Sequence record: MK250027.1
Reading direction: 5' to 3' (one strand)
Length of the DNA: 64,000 bases
Part shown: in pieces, positions 11,187 through 23,989 of the stretch
How the letters are laid out: every line of letters starts with the position of its first letter
Numbering within the stretch: the stretch's first letter is position 1
Notes under the pieces: model-generated
Databases searched by the model: none
What the model saw: only the letters and a program-made list of their open reading frames with translations
Told to the model about the DNA's origin: nothing
Program-made: the position numbers and the translations under genes

Positions 11187-11687
11187 ATGGATTATAAAAA
11201 TATTATAGATACAATAACAAAATATGTAGGTGATTATATAGCATCCCATGCAAATAGAAATGAATTACTTACAAGTTATGATTCTGTTAATAAGATAGAT
11301 GAAGCTATAAAGAATATAGATAATACTCTTAATTCTATAGATGATTCTGAATTATCAGAAAAACTTAAAGATTATAAACAAAAGAAGGAGGAAGAAAAAC
11401 GAACTATAATGAATGACCTCATGTATAAAATATTACCAAAACAACCGGTAATTGATATGGATGATTATGTTAGAATACAAGATAATAAAGGAGAACATTT
11501 AATTCTTAAAAATGTTGATGATTCTTTTATAGATCCTTTATTTCCTTCAAAAATAACGGCAGTTAAACAAAAGGAAAAGAAGAAAACTGTTACAAAAACA
11601 GCAAGAGAATATTATGATGATTATTCATCAGGAGGATGTGGTAATACATATGGTTCTCCATATCATCATTGGAGTGGTGGATGTTAA
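11187..11687 (+). CDS. hypothetical protein (166 aa)
   Basis: ORF track; coiled-coil-like with a SSGGCG...WSGGC tail. Confidence 0.7.
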   Translation: MDYKNIIDTITKYVGDYIASHANRNELLTSYDSVNKIDEAIKNIDNTLNSIDDSELSEKLKDYKQKKEEEKRTIMNDLMYKILPKQPVIDMDDYVRIQDNKGEHLILKNVDDSFIDPLFPSKITAVKQKEKKKTVTKTAREYYDDYSSGGCGNTYGSPYHHWSGGC

Positions 11688-11719
11688 AAAATATAAAGTT
11701 TTAATATATAAAGATTATT

Positions 11720-12661
11720 ATGTCAAAAGAAGAAATAATTAATAGTTTTCCAGAACCATTATATGGTTATAATTTATCTAAAGATAAAGTTATAGAACTA
11801 ATAGAGTTATGTATGAATTCTAAATCAGCTAATATATTAAATAATATTTTAACTGATTTTATTAATAAAAATGTTTCACATATTGATTTTATAATTAGGG
11901 AAGATGATATAGATACCGGTATTTTAAGTAAAAAAGATATTGATAGTAATTTAAAATTCGATCAATTTATGGCATGGTATTATGGATTCTCTGATTATAA
12001 TAAAAATATGTATGATACGTATTCAGATTATTTAAAAGATAAACATGTTATTGCACCTAAATATTGTGTAAAAGATTGGTTTAATGATGTAATAAAGTAT
12101 TATAAAGAGCAACATCAACCAATTCATACGTTATATGATGCATGTAAAATTGCTGCTGATATGCTTTATAAAGATGTATTCAATGAAGAATATCAAAGTA
12201 TGAGGACGTCATATCATAATGATCAAACATTGATGTGTCAAGCATTAGGATCATATCTTAAACAGAAATATATGTATAAAGTAAGTGTTTCTCAAAAGAA
12301 ATTGTTCTATAAGGAAACAATGAGATGCCTTATGTTTCCACGATATTTTGGTTATAATAATGATTATCTTTCATATATATTTAAAAAAGGAAAGTATCCT
12401 CGTAAAACAAAGAAATTTCTTAATAATCCAAATAGTCATAATATTTCTGGCAAAAATAGATTTAATAAAATTAGAAGAAATAAAACACATATGAATATTA
12501 GGAAATTATATTCTGATTATGGTCCTCAAATGGATTTATATCATATATTTAAAAATTCAGGTATTCCTGAAGAAATAACAAATAAGATTTGTCCTTGGAA
12601 AGAATATGTATCTATAAACATTGATGATATGTCAGTTAATGTAAACGGAACATTTTATTAA
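11720..12661 (+). CDS. hypothetical protein (313 aa)
   Basis: ORF track. Confidence 0.75.
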   Translation: MSKEEIINSFPEPLYGYNLSKDKVIELIELCMNSKSANILNNILTDFINKNVSHIDFIIREDDIDTGILSKKDIDSNLKFDQFMAWYYGFSDYNKNMYDTYSDYLKDKHVIAPKYCVKDWFNDVIKYYKEQHQPIHTLYDACKIAADMLYKDVFNEEYQSMRTSYHNDQTLMCQALGSYLKQKYMYKVSVSQKKLFYKETMRCLMFPRYFGYNNDYLSYIFKKGKYPRKTKKFLNNPNSHNISGKNRFNKIRRNKTHMNIRKLYSDYGPQMDLYHIFKNSGIPEEITNKICPWKEYVSINIDDMSVNVNGTFY

Positions 12662-12670
12662 ATTAAAATT

Positions 12671-13843
12671 ATGGAAGAAAAACAATAGATAAATGATGAA
12701 TATATAATTTCTTTATTTTTCACATCAACTACAATGCCACATAGAATAAGATCATCATCCAATAAAATAATTGAAAATAATAATGATATAAAAAAATATT
12801 TGTTACATAGATTTAACGATTCTAATAATTGTAGTTATAAAGAAATACTTCATAGAATAAAATATAATATAGAAGAAAAACCTAAATGCCCAATTTGTGG
12901 AAAATATGTAAAATATTATGGTCTTTCAAATATGTTATATGGGAAAACATGTTCACGTAAATGTCAATACGAATATATGAAAACCGATGAATTTCAAAAT
13001 AAAATAGATCATTCATATATGAAAGATCCTAATATTATAAAAAGAATATAGGATAAACGAAAATTAAAAATGAATGAAATTAGAGAAAAGACAAAATAGA
13101 CTCTTTTTGTCAGATATGGTGATTCACATTATAATAATAGAAATAAATGTAAACAAACATTATTAGAAAAATATGGTGTTGATAATATAATGTAGTTAGA
13201 TTTTGTAAAAGATAAAATAAAGAAAACAAATTTGATTCGTTATGGTGTTGAATGGTCAGCACAAAATAAGCAAATAAATCAAAAAACAATAGATACACAA
13301 ATAAAAAAATATGGTGGTGTATTTAATCCAGAAAAAGTAAGAAAAACAAATATTGAAAAATATGGAGTGGAAAAACCATTTATGTCTGAAGAAATTCAAA
13401 ATAAAGTTGAAAATAAACGAGATATTATTCAAAAGAAAACTAATATAACAAAACGTTTAAGAGGTACATTTAATACATCAAAACCTGAAAATGAATCTAA
13501 AACTTTATTAGAAAATAAATTTGGCATTAATAATGTATTAACTCAATATAAAACCGAATTATATCCATTTTATTGTGACTTTTATGTCAAATCATTAAAT
13601 TTATATATAGAATGTAATTATCATTGGACACATGGTGGTCATGTATTTAATGAAAATGATTTAAATGATATAGAAAAACTTAATAAATGGAAAAATAAAA
13701 ATACAAAATTTTATAATACAGCAATAGATGTTTGGACTGTAAGAGATCCATTAAAAATAAAAACCGCATATGATAATAATTTAAATTATAAAACTTTTTA
13801 TTCTTTAGATGAATTAAAACAATATTTAGAAAATACATTATAA
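12671..13843 (+). CDS. TAG-recoded homing-endonuclease-like protein (390 aa, 4 TAG): Zn module, KYGV repeats, PD-(D/E)XK/DUF559-like nuclease
   Basis: ATG 12671 is in frame with track ORFs at 12734 and 13232; CPICGK...CSRKC; repeated T...KYGV; FYCDFYVKSLNLYIECNYHWTHG. Confidence 0.75.
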
Positions 13844-13868
13844 ATATAAGAAACTATAATTTTAATAA

Positions 13869-15293
13869 ATGAAAGTAACAACAAAGAAAGTTAAAGGTTT
13901 AGACGCACATATTATTGAAGATAGTAATAAGAAAGTAGTAAGAACTATAACAGATTTTTTAAATACAGATTATAAGGATTATACAAAATATGTAATTGCA
14001 ACAAGAGCATTGCCAAGTCTTCTTGATGGATTCAAAGTTGGTGCTAGAAAGATTATGCATGCTGCTTTCCATGGAGGTATGAAAAATGGGTCTGAGATCA
14101 AGAATTTGAATTTGGTTGGCGATGTTTATAATTTAACATTATATCAACATGGTGACGCGAGTTTGGTAAATACAATGTTTACAATGTCTGCAGAGTTCCG
14201 TGATAACCTGCATCCTATTACCATAACTGGTCAACATGGTTCGTTACGTGATGAAAAAGCTGTTTCAGCTCCACGTTATCTTTATTGTAAGTTATCACCA
14301 TATGCAAAACTTTATAAAGTAGATGAAGATCTTCTTGAATATGTTTTTGATGAAGGTACTTATCTTGAACCAGTAAATTATTGGCCTATTATTCCTACAG
14401 TTATTACTGCACGTGCAGAAGGTATGGCACCAGGTTATAAATTCAGTTCATTTTCTTATAACCCTATTGATATTATCGACGCATGTACAGAAGTATTGAA
14501 TACTGGAGATATTAAAGAAACTATTATTAGACCTTATGTTAGAGGTATTGAAGAAGATAGATTTACATTTGATAAAGATGCTGGTAAATGGTTGAATTCA
14601 GGTGTATATAAGGTAGATATTAAGAATGATATATTTCAGGTAACAGATCTTCCATATGATATGGGATTTGATAAGTTTGAAAAGAAACTTAATGATATGG
14701 TAGAAAAAGGTTATCTTAAGGATTGGAAGAATTATTCTCAGGATGATAAGTTGAATTATTGGCTAATATTTCCAAAGAAACAACTTGAACGTGAAATGAA
14801 ACCAGATCGTAAAGATAAACTTTTTAAGAAGATTGGACTATATACATATGTACCAGATGATTTACTTTATGTTTTGGATGAACACAAGAAGGTAAAACAT
14901 TTTATCAATAAGGAAGAACTTATTAAATATTTTGTTAATATTCGTCTTAACAAATATAATGATAGAAAAGACAGATTAGTTTCTGTTATGGAAAAGCGTT
15001 ATGAAGAAAATAATAATATTTGTAAGTTTATAGAATTAGTTAATAGTGGTGAATTAGTTATTTCTAATAGGAAGAGAAAAGATGTAAAAGAAGATTTGAA
15101 GAAATATAATTTACCTGAAACTGTATTACAAATTCAGATTTCTAAGTTAACTGATGAAGAGAAGAAAGAATTGATTAAGAAGAATAAGGAGATTGAAAAA
15201 GAACTTAAGTATATTAAGAAAACAACTATTAAGGACATGTATCTTAATGATTTAAGTGAATTGAGAAAATCTCTTGAAAATGATTTTAAATAA
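13869..15293 (+). CDS. DNA topoisomerase II medium subunit (T4 gp52-like)
   Basis: RALPSLLDGFKVGARK, YQHGDASL, APRY catalytic Tyr, EGMAPGY. Confidence 0.93.
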   Translation: MKVTTKKVKGLDAHIIEDSNKKVVRTITDFLNTDYKDYTKYVIATRALPSLLDGFKVGARKIMHAAFHGGMKNGSEIKNLNLVGDVYNLTLYQHGDASLVNTMFTMSAEFRDNLHPITITGQHGSLRDEKAVSAPRYLYCKLSPYAKLYKVDEDLLEYVFDEGTYLEPVNYWPIIPTVITARAEGMAPGYKFSSFSYNPIDIIDACTEVLNTGDIKETIIRPYVRGIEEDRFTFDKDAGKWLNSGVYKVDIKNDIFQVTDLPYDMGFDKFEKKLNDMVEKGYLKDWKNYSQDDKLNYWLIFPKKQLEREMKPDRKDKLFKKIGLYTYVPDDLLYVLDEHKKVKHFINKEELIKYFVNIRLNKYNDRKDRLVSVMEKRYEENNNICKFIELVNSGELVISNRKRKDVKEDLKKYNLPETVLQIQISKLTDEEKKELIKKNKEIEKELKYIKKTTIKDMYLNDLSELRKSLENDFK

Positions 15294-16057
15294 TGATAGA
15301 TAATCTTTTTGATGATGATATTTTAATTGGTGATGATTCATCTTCTGTATTTAATGATACAGGAGTTGAATCATTAACTAATTTAATAGGTAATAATATT
15401 ACGGAACTTAAGAAAAATTCATATCTTAATATGAGAGGAACTAATTATGATGTATGGAGAGTATATCTTAATGAGACAAAAGGAAGATACCATGATGGAT
15501 ATTGGAATAGTTTTTCATATAATGTAAATGATCCTTATAATGTTACATTAAAAATTAAATCATTAAATGGATTTAAATTTCATAATAGACAAACAAATTA
15601 TAGATTAGGTATTTTAGACATTAATTTATTTAGATGCATTCCATATATACAGAAGATAGAATTAGAGCCTATATATGAAGATAGAACAATATTTAATGAT
15701 ATTATCTTTATGAATATGTTAAATAACAATAAACATAAAGATAATAATATGATAGATAAATCATTTGTTGATAATTTACAATGGTTAGAAGAAATACGAA
15801 ATGAATATCAAATAAAGAATAATATATCACAGTATATAGTATTTCAAGGATGTGTATTTGATGTTGATGCAATTCAATATTTAAATGATAATATTCCAGA
15901 TAATTTTGATATTATCATAACTTCAGACTGTGATATATTTATGAATGATGAATATATAAATGTTTTTAGATTACCATTGATGTTTAATACTAATTTTGAT
16001 TGGAATACATGTAATAAAATATCATTATATAGAGAACCTATATTTAAAATTCATTAA
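15293..16057 (+). CDS. hypothetical protein with N-terminal LFDDD acidic patch (254 aa)
   Basis: ORF track. Confidence 0.7.
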   Translation: MIDNLFDDDILIGDDSSSVFNDTGVESLTNLIGNNITELKKNSYLNMRGTNYDVWRVYLNETKGRYHDGYWNSFSYNVNDPYNVTLKIKSLNGFKFHNRQTNYRLGILDINLFRCIPYIQKIELEPIYEDRTIFNDIIFMNMLNNNKHKDNNMIDKSFVDNLQWLEEIRNEYQIKNNISQYIVFQGCVFDVDAIQYLNDNIPDNFDIIITSDCDIFMNDEYINVFRLPLMFNTNFDWNTCNKISLYREPIFKIH

Positions 16058-16359
16058 AAAAGACCATTGCTTATAGAATTATTATCATTTGTTAACTCAT
16101 AAGCATATTCAATTAATTCTGATGATGATTTACATTTAATAAGAATAACTTTAGACCTCATACTATCTAAATAACCTTTATTTATATTTTCATATACAGG
16201 ATATTTGTTATGCTCAAAGTCTTTATGAATAATAAGATATGGACAAAAACTAAAGTCGGATAAGTATGTTTCTGGATAACCTAATTTATGAAGTTTATCT
16301 AATAATTTTTTAATATCTTCTACAAGATGTAAATCAATATAATATATTTTATAAAACAT
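16054..16359 (-). CDS. hypothetical protein (101 aa)
   Basis: ORF track. Confidence 0.6.
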   Translation of the reverse strand: MFYKIYYIDLHLVEDIKKLLDKLHKLGYPETYLSDFSFCPYLIIHKDFEHNKYPVYENINKGYLDSMRSKVILIKCKSSSELIEYAYELTNDNNSISNGLF

Positions 16360-16409
16360 TTTAATAATTTTAATTTATAAATTATATAACAGAAATTAGT
16401 AAAAGATTT

Positions 16410-16718
16410 ATGGAAACTAAGAAAAGAATAGAATTATATAATAGATATTATAAAGGTGTTTATCTTGAGCAAATATCTGAACATGAATATCAGTTACATG
16501 GACCAGATGAAATATTTCATTATATGAGAGTCGGATTTAATAATGATATTAATTGTAAACCAGATTATACAGATATTAATTTTATAGATCCAGATGGAGG
16601 ACCATTTTTGAGCGTAGGAAATAAAATAGATGAAGATAAAATTATCACATCTATTATTAGTATGAAAATTGAAAATAAATGTGTATATATTCTAGAAATT
16701 AAAAAGGAAGATCAATGA
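16410..16718 (+). CDS. hypothetical protein (102 aa)
   Basis: ORF track. Confidence 0.7.
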   Translation: METKKRIELYNRYYKGVYLEQISEHEYQLHGPDEIFHYMRVGFNNDINCKPDYTDINFIDPDGGPFLSVGNKIDEDKIITSIISMKIENKCVYILEIKKEDQ

Positions 16719-16731
16719 TGATCTTCCTTTT
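16701..16731. terminator. bidirectional terminator
   Basis: AAAAAGGAAGATCA / TGATCTTCCTTTT; stem nearly the same as at 7751. Confidence 0.75.
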
Positions 16732-16742
16732 ATATATTGTTA

Positions 16743-17867
16743 TTAATCGAAAATATCATGATATTGTTCTAAAGCATAATCTGATAGTTTAACAGTTATA
16801 CATGAATTAGGTGTTGTATTTCTTAATATTATAGGATCTTTTGCAGTATTTTCATTATTTGCAAATCTTGTATCTATCATAGCATAAAAATCAAATGTTA
16901 TACCTTTTGATGTTAATTCATATTCAGCAGAATCATCTTCTTTTTCTAATTCATTTAATGGATATATATCTTTCTATAATAACCATAATAAGAATACAGG
17001 TATTTTATATTGCTTTGATACCTTTGATGCATTAATAGATTTATTCCAGTTAAAATACATAACTCCATAAGGCTCATTATTTTTATCTAAATCAAAATAT
17101 TTAATAAATTGCGTTATTCCTGTACCTACTGTTTTTTTATACCTATTTTTTAAAAATGATAATCGTTTTTCTCTATCTTTAGTATTCTTAATAATATTTT
17201 TCTAATCATCAGAATCCTTCTCATCATATATAACTTTACCTGTTAATTTAATGGTTGCAATATCTTTAAATGAATATCTACCTTCATTTGTATATCGATG
17301 TTCCATAAAAATTATGCCTTCATCTTCAGATAATAATATTTTATGACAATACATATCTTTTTTAAATATATCTTGAATAATTGACGGCATTTTAGGAAAT
17401 GTATGACATACCCAAATTGTATACTTTTCAATATCAGCATTATATGCATTAAACATTGGTTGCCCTGGCGAAGGAAAATTATAATTTGGACGAAGTAATT
17501 TCTGAGCTTTCATATAATCTATGCCATGTGTAAATGCATATGGACAATTTGATGCTGTATATTCAGTAAATCCTTTTGCTTTAAGTTGGTTCATTACTTT
17601 TTCTCCATATGCATCTATACCATATGATATTTTACTTTCATGTGTTAATATTTGATTTCCATCCTTATCTCTATCATATTTCCATGCACGAGGTTTATCA
17701 ACACCTAATAAATCTATGATAACTGGTTTTAAATCATTCGATGCTATTTTTGATGATATTTCCTAATCTATTAAGCCTGTATTTTCTTCATCTCCTAAAA
17801 TATCATCATCAAAAAGATCTGAAGATGATTCATATAATTTTAATAACTTATATATATTCTTTTTCAT
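16743..17867 (-). CDS. TAG-recoded hypothetical protein (374 aa, 3 TAG)
   Basis: Manual read from ATG 17867 (MKKNIYKLLKLYESSSEDLFDDD) through track ORF 17202-17594 to TAA 16743. Confidence 0.78.
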
Positions 17868-17909
17868 ATATTAATATTCTTCTATTATGTATAATATTTA
17901 TTAAATAAA

Positions 17910-17947
17910 AAAGAACTGTAAATCTTTTTGATAATTTACAGTTCTTT
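17910..17947 (-). terminator. intrinsic terminator
   Basis: AAAGAACTGTAAAT / ATTTACAGTTCTTT 14-bp stem. Confidence 0.75.
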
Positions 17948-17965
17948 AATTTATGTATTATTATA

Positions 17966-20900
17966 TTAACTTGCTAATATAAGAAGTATTGGTGTAAGTG
18001 TTGCAGACTTCCATATAGCATAGAATGTTTTATTTGATGTAATTGCAGATGAATTACCTGATGTGCTTCCGGAAGTTGCAGAATTTGATTCTGCCCAACC
18101 TTGGAATGTATATCCAGATTTAGTAGGTGTATAAGTACTGAATGATACTGTACTACCGGATTCAACAGATTGAGTAGGATTAGTGGTTGAACTATTATAT
18201 GTACCACCATTAAGATTCCATGTAACTGTAAATACTTGTTTCCATGCAGCGTAATATTTTGTATCACCACTATTAATAGTAGCAGTTGATGTTGAACCTG
18301 ATGTTGCAGAACTTGTTTCTGCCCATCCTTTAAAGCTATATCCACTTCTCGTTGGAGTATAACTGCCTAAATTGATTGATTTTACATATGTAACATATGG
18401 AGTAGTTGTATATGTTGTACTACTTACTACTAATGAACCACCATTTGGATAAAGACTAACTTTATATGATGCAATAGTTAACTATGCGTATACAGTCGTT
18501 GCAGATGTTATTGCTGTTTCTGTTTTTGAAATTAAAGTACCACCAGATGATGCAGTATACCATGCTGCTGTATATCTTATTGTATCTGCGTCATTCTTAA
18601 TAGGACTTGCAAAAGATGCAGGTACAGATAATTCATTATATTTTGTATTTTTATTAACTGACGATTTTTTGTTTGCTTTTGTGCCATCTTCCCATATTGC
18701 AATAGATGTATTTGTATTTTGCCAGGTAATTGTAACAGAATCTTTAGACCATGTTGCATAATATGTTTTTGCTTCTGAAACTTTCTATGAACCTGTTAAT
18801 GTTCCAGATGTGTCAGTATCTCTTATATTCCATCCTGCAAATGTATAATCAGTTTTAACAGGTTTATAATCATCATATTTAAATGATGTTACGTAAATTT
18901 CCCATTTTGTTGATTTATCTGAACTAGATACTTGTCCGCCATTACAATCTAATATAACTCTATAATTTGTACTGAAATGTAAATAGAATGTAGTATCACC
19001 TGTTACTGTAGTGTCATTATCTTTAATAACTATATTACCAGTTTCAGTAGTATACCAACTTCCATTTGACTTATATTGCTCTGTTTTGTCTGAATTATAT
19101 AAAGTAACCTTAACACCTGTAGGAATAGATATATCTTTGTATTTTGTACCATAGTTTTCTGTTGTCGTTGTTGATGATTCATATGTTTGGTCATCTTTAG
19201 AATAGAAATTATATATAGGGTAACTCTTCCATTCTATTGTATAACTTCTTGTTGAATTTGAATATATAGCATATAATGTTATTGAACCTGATGGATTTGT
19301 CAAACTATAAGGGAATGTTATAGTATTTATAGAACTTGATGTTTCACCCCAGCCTTTAAACGTATATGTTTCAGAAGTTGTATTAGTTTTTGTAGGATTT
19401 GAACCATATGCATTTATTGTTTTCCCATATGTTCCTTTAGATGTTTGAGATAATTTTCCGTCATCCCATGTACCACCATTACCATTCCATGTAATTGTTA
19501 TATTTGTTACAGCCCAAGTTGCATAAAAATCCCAGACTATTCCTTGTTTATTATTTACACTAAGTGGAAATGTGTTTGAATAACATAATAAACCTGCATT
19601 AGTACACCATGTTTTAAATGTATAATTTGTTTTTGTTGGATAGTTATTATATCCTAAATCAGAAGGTTGACATTTAAATGTTTTTCCATGATAATCATAT
19701 ATAGTAGATGTTGTTGTACTAGTTTTATCAGTTTTTGTAAATGTACCTCCTTTTGGGTCCCAATATACTTTAATATATGCGTCAGGTTGCGTCCATCGAG
19801 CATATAATGTAATGTCACTTTGTAATGTAGATGAACTAGATACAGCGTTACCGTCTGTTTTAGTGGAATAATTATTAGCAAATGTATATTTATAATTACT
19901 TCCATCTATCCATGTTGGTGTTTCATCCGGAGTTAAATCTGTATATTTAGTACCTTCACTAAATTTTTTTGTTACAGTTGTATCTGTTATTGCGGAACCA
20001 TTTCTATACCATTTTGCATATGAATTATTGATGCTAAATGTTACTGTATATGTTGTTGTATTACCTGTTTGTGATAATGTCGCCGTTCCAGTAAGGCCAT
20101 TATAACTACCAGTAAATGTATATTTTCTACTGTCTTTACTTGTACCTAAATTTGGGATAGTGACACTTGAATCTGATACAGTAATACTATTATCAGTAGT
20201 ACTCGAACCAATTTTATATGAGCCGGTAAAAGTAGTGACGTTAGTAACAGTTGTATCCGTATCTTTTGTACTTGTAGCTCCAGATGTCCATGATACATTA
20301 TATGTTTTCGTCAGTACTGCTTTTAATGTTGCCGAACCACCTTTATAATCATAAGTAGTAGGGTCTACAGATACCTTTAGTTTAGATGATGATTCTATAG
20401 ATGCCTGTGTTCCAGAATTACCCTATCGTGTAAGTGTTGCAGTAGATGTAGCTGTTAATATTGTACCTGAATTATTTTTAACATCATATTGTTTCCCATC
20501 ATATGTATGTTTAAGGCTTTTAACTGTTACAGAAATTGTAGCGTAACTATTATTAGCTGATGCTGTAGTTGTACCTAAAGATTCAGCTGTTTTAGATGTT
20601 GGTGTAAATGTATACATTGAATTAGTTAAGTCACTTAATGACCAATTTACAGTTTCCTATGAAGTCTTACCTTCCATAGAAGTATAATGCCATATATATG
20701 TACCCTTCAATGTACAATCAGTTGCTGTTATAGTCCCTCCTGATGCTGGAAAATGATAACCAGATGAACCTTTTGCATAACTAAATGTTGTAATATTCAA
20801 ATCAGTATAATAGAAAGCTTTAGATGTATCAGGACCATCTAATTTCTGAGTTACTGTAGCTTCATTAGATTTTATATTATCATATGTTGTTTGAAATTTT

Positions 20901-21970
20901 ATAGTTCTTGCAGATGATGTTGCAGGTATTGTATATGATCCTCCTCTTATATTAGTTGTTCCAGATATACCAGATACCGTATAATTACTATTAGCACTTA
21001 ATGTTTCTGGACCTTGATTTGCATCAGTTCCACCACCGGATGTTGAACCAGAAGAATATTGATATACAGTTTTATGTAATGTATATTTTCTACTTAAACT
21101 AAATGTTACAGTTCCACCGGAGCTATATACTACAGTTGGACTTACAGAAAGAATAACGCTTTCTGTTGTTTTAGTTTCCCCTGTTTTAACTGATTTTACA
21201 TTAGCGTCTTGTTTAACAGTAAATTCAGGGTGTGTTAGTGTAACACTATCTATTGTTGTTGATTTTTGGATAGTTCCGCCTGCGGCAATTGTTTTAACAT
21301 TTGTTACACCTGATTCTGTTGTACCTTTTGTTGTTGCCGAAACGGTTGTAAACGTAACAGTTTCAGAAGCATCTTCTGTTTCACCGGAATTGAATGTTTT
21401 TCTGTATGTTAATTTACCAGAACTTACAGTTCCACCAGATGCAGGAATATTATCAACTGTGATAACGGCATTATCTAATTTAGTTACATACTTATCACGT
21501 TTTGTTTGAGTAATTGTTATATTTGCTTGTTCATGTATATCGCCACGTAACCCAACTGCATATATTATAATAGTTCTATCTGATGAAGCATTATCTCTTT
21601 GTTCAAATGTAACACTAAAAGGATTATTATATGTATTTTGACCATACTAAGTTGGTGTATTATTTATTTTACAACCTGATGTCTCACCACTTTTAAAAGA
21701 GGCATTAGGATAGTTATATACTCTTTCTTCTGTTCTTGTAGAAAAGCCTTCGCGTATTAAATATGTCTCTTTACGATATAAATTAAATGTTTGTGTTGTA
21801 CCACCTTCCCATGATATATTAGGTACAGTATTTGGGTCAGAACCGTATTCTGTTTTAATTAAAGTTTCTGTTTTCTTTACATAGAATCTTTTACTGCTTT
21901 TCTAACCTTCCCATGATACGTGACTATTTTTCTAAACATCTATTGCCTAATTACTATTTTTTATAATCAT
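17966..21970 (-). CDS. TAG-recoded Thr/Ser-rich Ig-like protein with C-terminal Listeria-Bacteroides (Flg_new/InlB-B-like) repeats (1334 aa, 8 TAG)
   Basis: One continuous frame from ATG 21970 to TAA 17966 when TAG is read through; repeats V.W..NGG...PT(K/R).GY.F.GW...(T/K).YA.W. Confidence 0.8.
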
Positions 21971-21988
21971 GATTAAATAATATTATTT

Positions 21989-23059
21989 TTAAAACTAATC
22001 CTTATATGCATTATATGTAGCAATTACATCTTTAAGATGAATATCAGGGAATAATTGTAATTTTTTCAATACCTATATATAATCCTATCTATTATAATAT
22101 ATATTTCTAGATATTCTATAAGGATTCTTTCCAGTTATAACAGATATTAGAATATCGTCATTAAATGAAAGTTGCATATCTTTATAATCTCTATTCTTCG
22201 CACATATAAATAAAGCAGCAAGTCTCGCAACCATTTTATCAGGATTTGTTATCTTATCAAAACCACTATACTTACCGGTCATTAAGCATTTATCCATACG
22301 ATCAATGTCTTTCTATGTAACTTTATATACTTTACCTGTACATGTTAATTCATCAGCAAGTCTCTTTGTGCTAAATATAGTTTCAACTTGTCCTTTTAAT
22401 GCAATACTAATTTCATTAATTTTCTTATTTACATTTGAAAACTATTCTTGATTAATCTTATCAATAACTTTATTAATAGGCGCATTTTTATCTTTATCAC
22501 CTGGTCGGCGTAAAGGCGTTGATGGATATTTAATTAATTTCCATATAACTTTATAATCTGTTCCAAAATTATTAAATACAACAGCCCATGATTTTAATAC
22601 TTTTTCTTTATTTCTATATGTAATAGTATAAGGTTCCTATTTAATTGTAAATTCAATTTTTTTACTCTATTCCGAACCTATATAACATATAAAATAATAT
22701 ACTTCCTGAAATTTTCCTGTTTCTGGATCAATAACTGAATTACGGTTAATTATAACCATTTTATTTTTATCAGATAATTTATCTTTATCCATCTTTGATG
22801 CCCAAAAGAAACCATTATCCGTACATCTATCTATTTCATTCATAACAGCTACTACTGTATTGATTACCTAATTATTTAAATCGTATTTATTAATAAAATA
22901 TTCATTTACCTCTTCTTGATTATCACACTATCCTAACGATGTTATCTTTGTAGCATTTGAAATTAATTCAGATGTTTTATTTGATGCATCATCATTATAT
23001 AAATCATCAAATTCATCATCAAATAAACTTTCCAATAAAAGTTTGATATTCTTGTTCAT
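21989..23059 (-). CDS. TAG-recoded hypothetical protein (356 aa, 9 TAG)
   Basis: ATG 23059 MNKNIKLLLESLFDDEF..., in frame with track ORF 22085-22297, ends TAA 21989. Confidence 0.78.
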
Positions 23060-23136
23060 AAAACGTTAAAAAATACTTTTATTATTTATTTTTGATATAT
23101 TTTCATTAATGTGTTTTCTTATTTCAAATAAATGTT

Positions 23137-23145
23137 GTATCTTTG
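23137..23145 (+). promoter_or_regulatory. GTATCTTTG promoter element
   Basis: TAnnTTTG match upstream of the 23173-26044 operon. Confidence 0.7.
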
Positions 23146-23172
23146 TATTGAATTAAATTAAACAATTAAGTT

Positions 23173-23550
23173 ATGATATTAAATATTGATAATTATGAAA
23201 TATTAAACTTTTATGGATATACGTCTGTTATTAAACAGGATGAACGTATCTATGAAGTTTCATCATTAGATAATTCACCCAATGAACATATGCGATATGA
23301 GAAGTTAAATATTTTTTATAATAAAATAATAGATAAAATAAGAAATAAAATAGATAAGACAAATATTTTATATTATATATTAGACGATAATAAATGTGTA
23401 TTTAAACTAAAACATGTTAAATCTGGAAACATTATCTATATCGGTAAATATGATTTTGAAATTTCCATAGGATTGGATTGTCATCAAAGATTTGGACATT
23501 CATATGATTTTATAACAAATAAGGAAACATATAAAACAGAAGAATTATGA
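23173..23550 (+). CDS. hypothetical protein (125 aa)
   Basis: ORF track. Confidence 0.7.
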   Translation: MILNIDNYEILNFYGYTSVIKQDERIYEVSSLDNSPNEHMRYEKLNIFYNKIIDKIRNKIDKTNILYYILDDNKCVFKLKHVKSGNIIYIGKYDFEISIGLDCHQRFGHSYDFITNKETYKTEEL

Positions 23551-23864
23551 TTATACATAATGCAAAGAATTGTAGAATTAAGGAAGAAGATAAACAAGTG
23601 TTAAAGAATGGAGGTATGTTCATTCTTATAACAATACTTATGATTGTTACTTATGCTTGTATTGTTATGCCTATTAGTATTATGCGAGAAAAGAAGTTTG
23701 TTGGTACTGATAATAAAACTGAAGCACAATTTAAAATTATATTGAGAGACAAATATATTGATGAAGATTTTGTTCAGCAAATTAGCACGAGCGGATGGAA
23801 TTCATATGAAGTATATGATTCCAATATGAAGAAACATAGAATTATATGGAAAGAAGTGGAATAA
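23547..23864 (+). CDS. hypothetical single-TM membrane protein (105 aa)
   Basis: Hydrophobic stretch MFILITILMIVTYACIVMPISIM. Confidence 0.7.
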   Translation: MIIHNAKNCRIKEEDKQVLKNGGMFILITILMIVTYACIVMPISIMREKKFVGTDNKTEAQFKIILRDKYIDEDFVQQISTSGWNSYEVYDSNMKKHRIIWKEVE

Positions 23865-23950
23865 TGAATAGAAAAGAAACTTTATATACAACTATATCAT
23901 TTATGTTAGGTATAATTATGATATTAGTAGTAATTTATTTATTTTCTTGA
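23864..23950 (+). CDS. small hydrophobic peptide (28 aa)
   Basis: Overlapping TAATG start; MNRKETLYTTISFMLGIIMILVVIYLFS. Confidence 0.5.
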   Translation: MNRKETLYTTISFMLGIIMILVVIYLFS

Positions 23951-23989
23951 TAATATAAAATAAGTTTAATTTTTAAATAAAATATCTAA

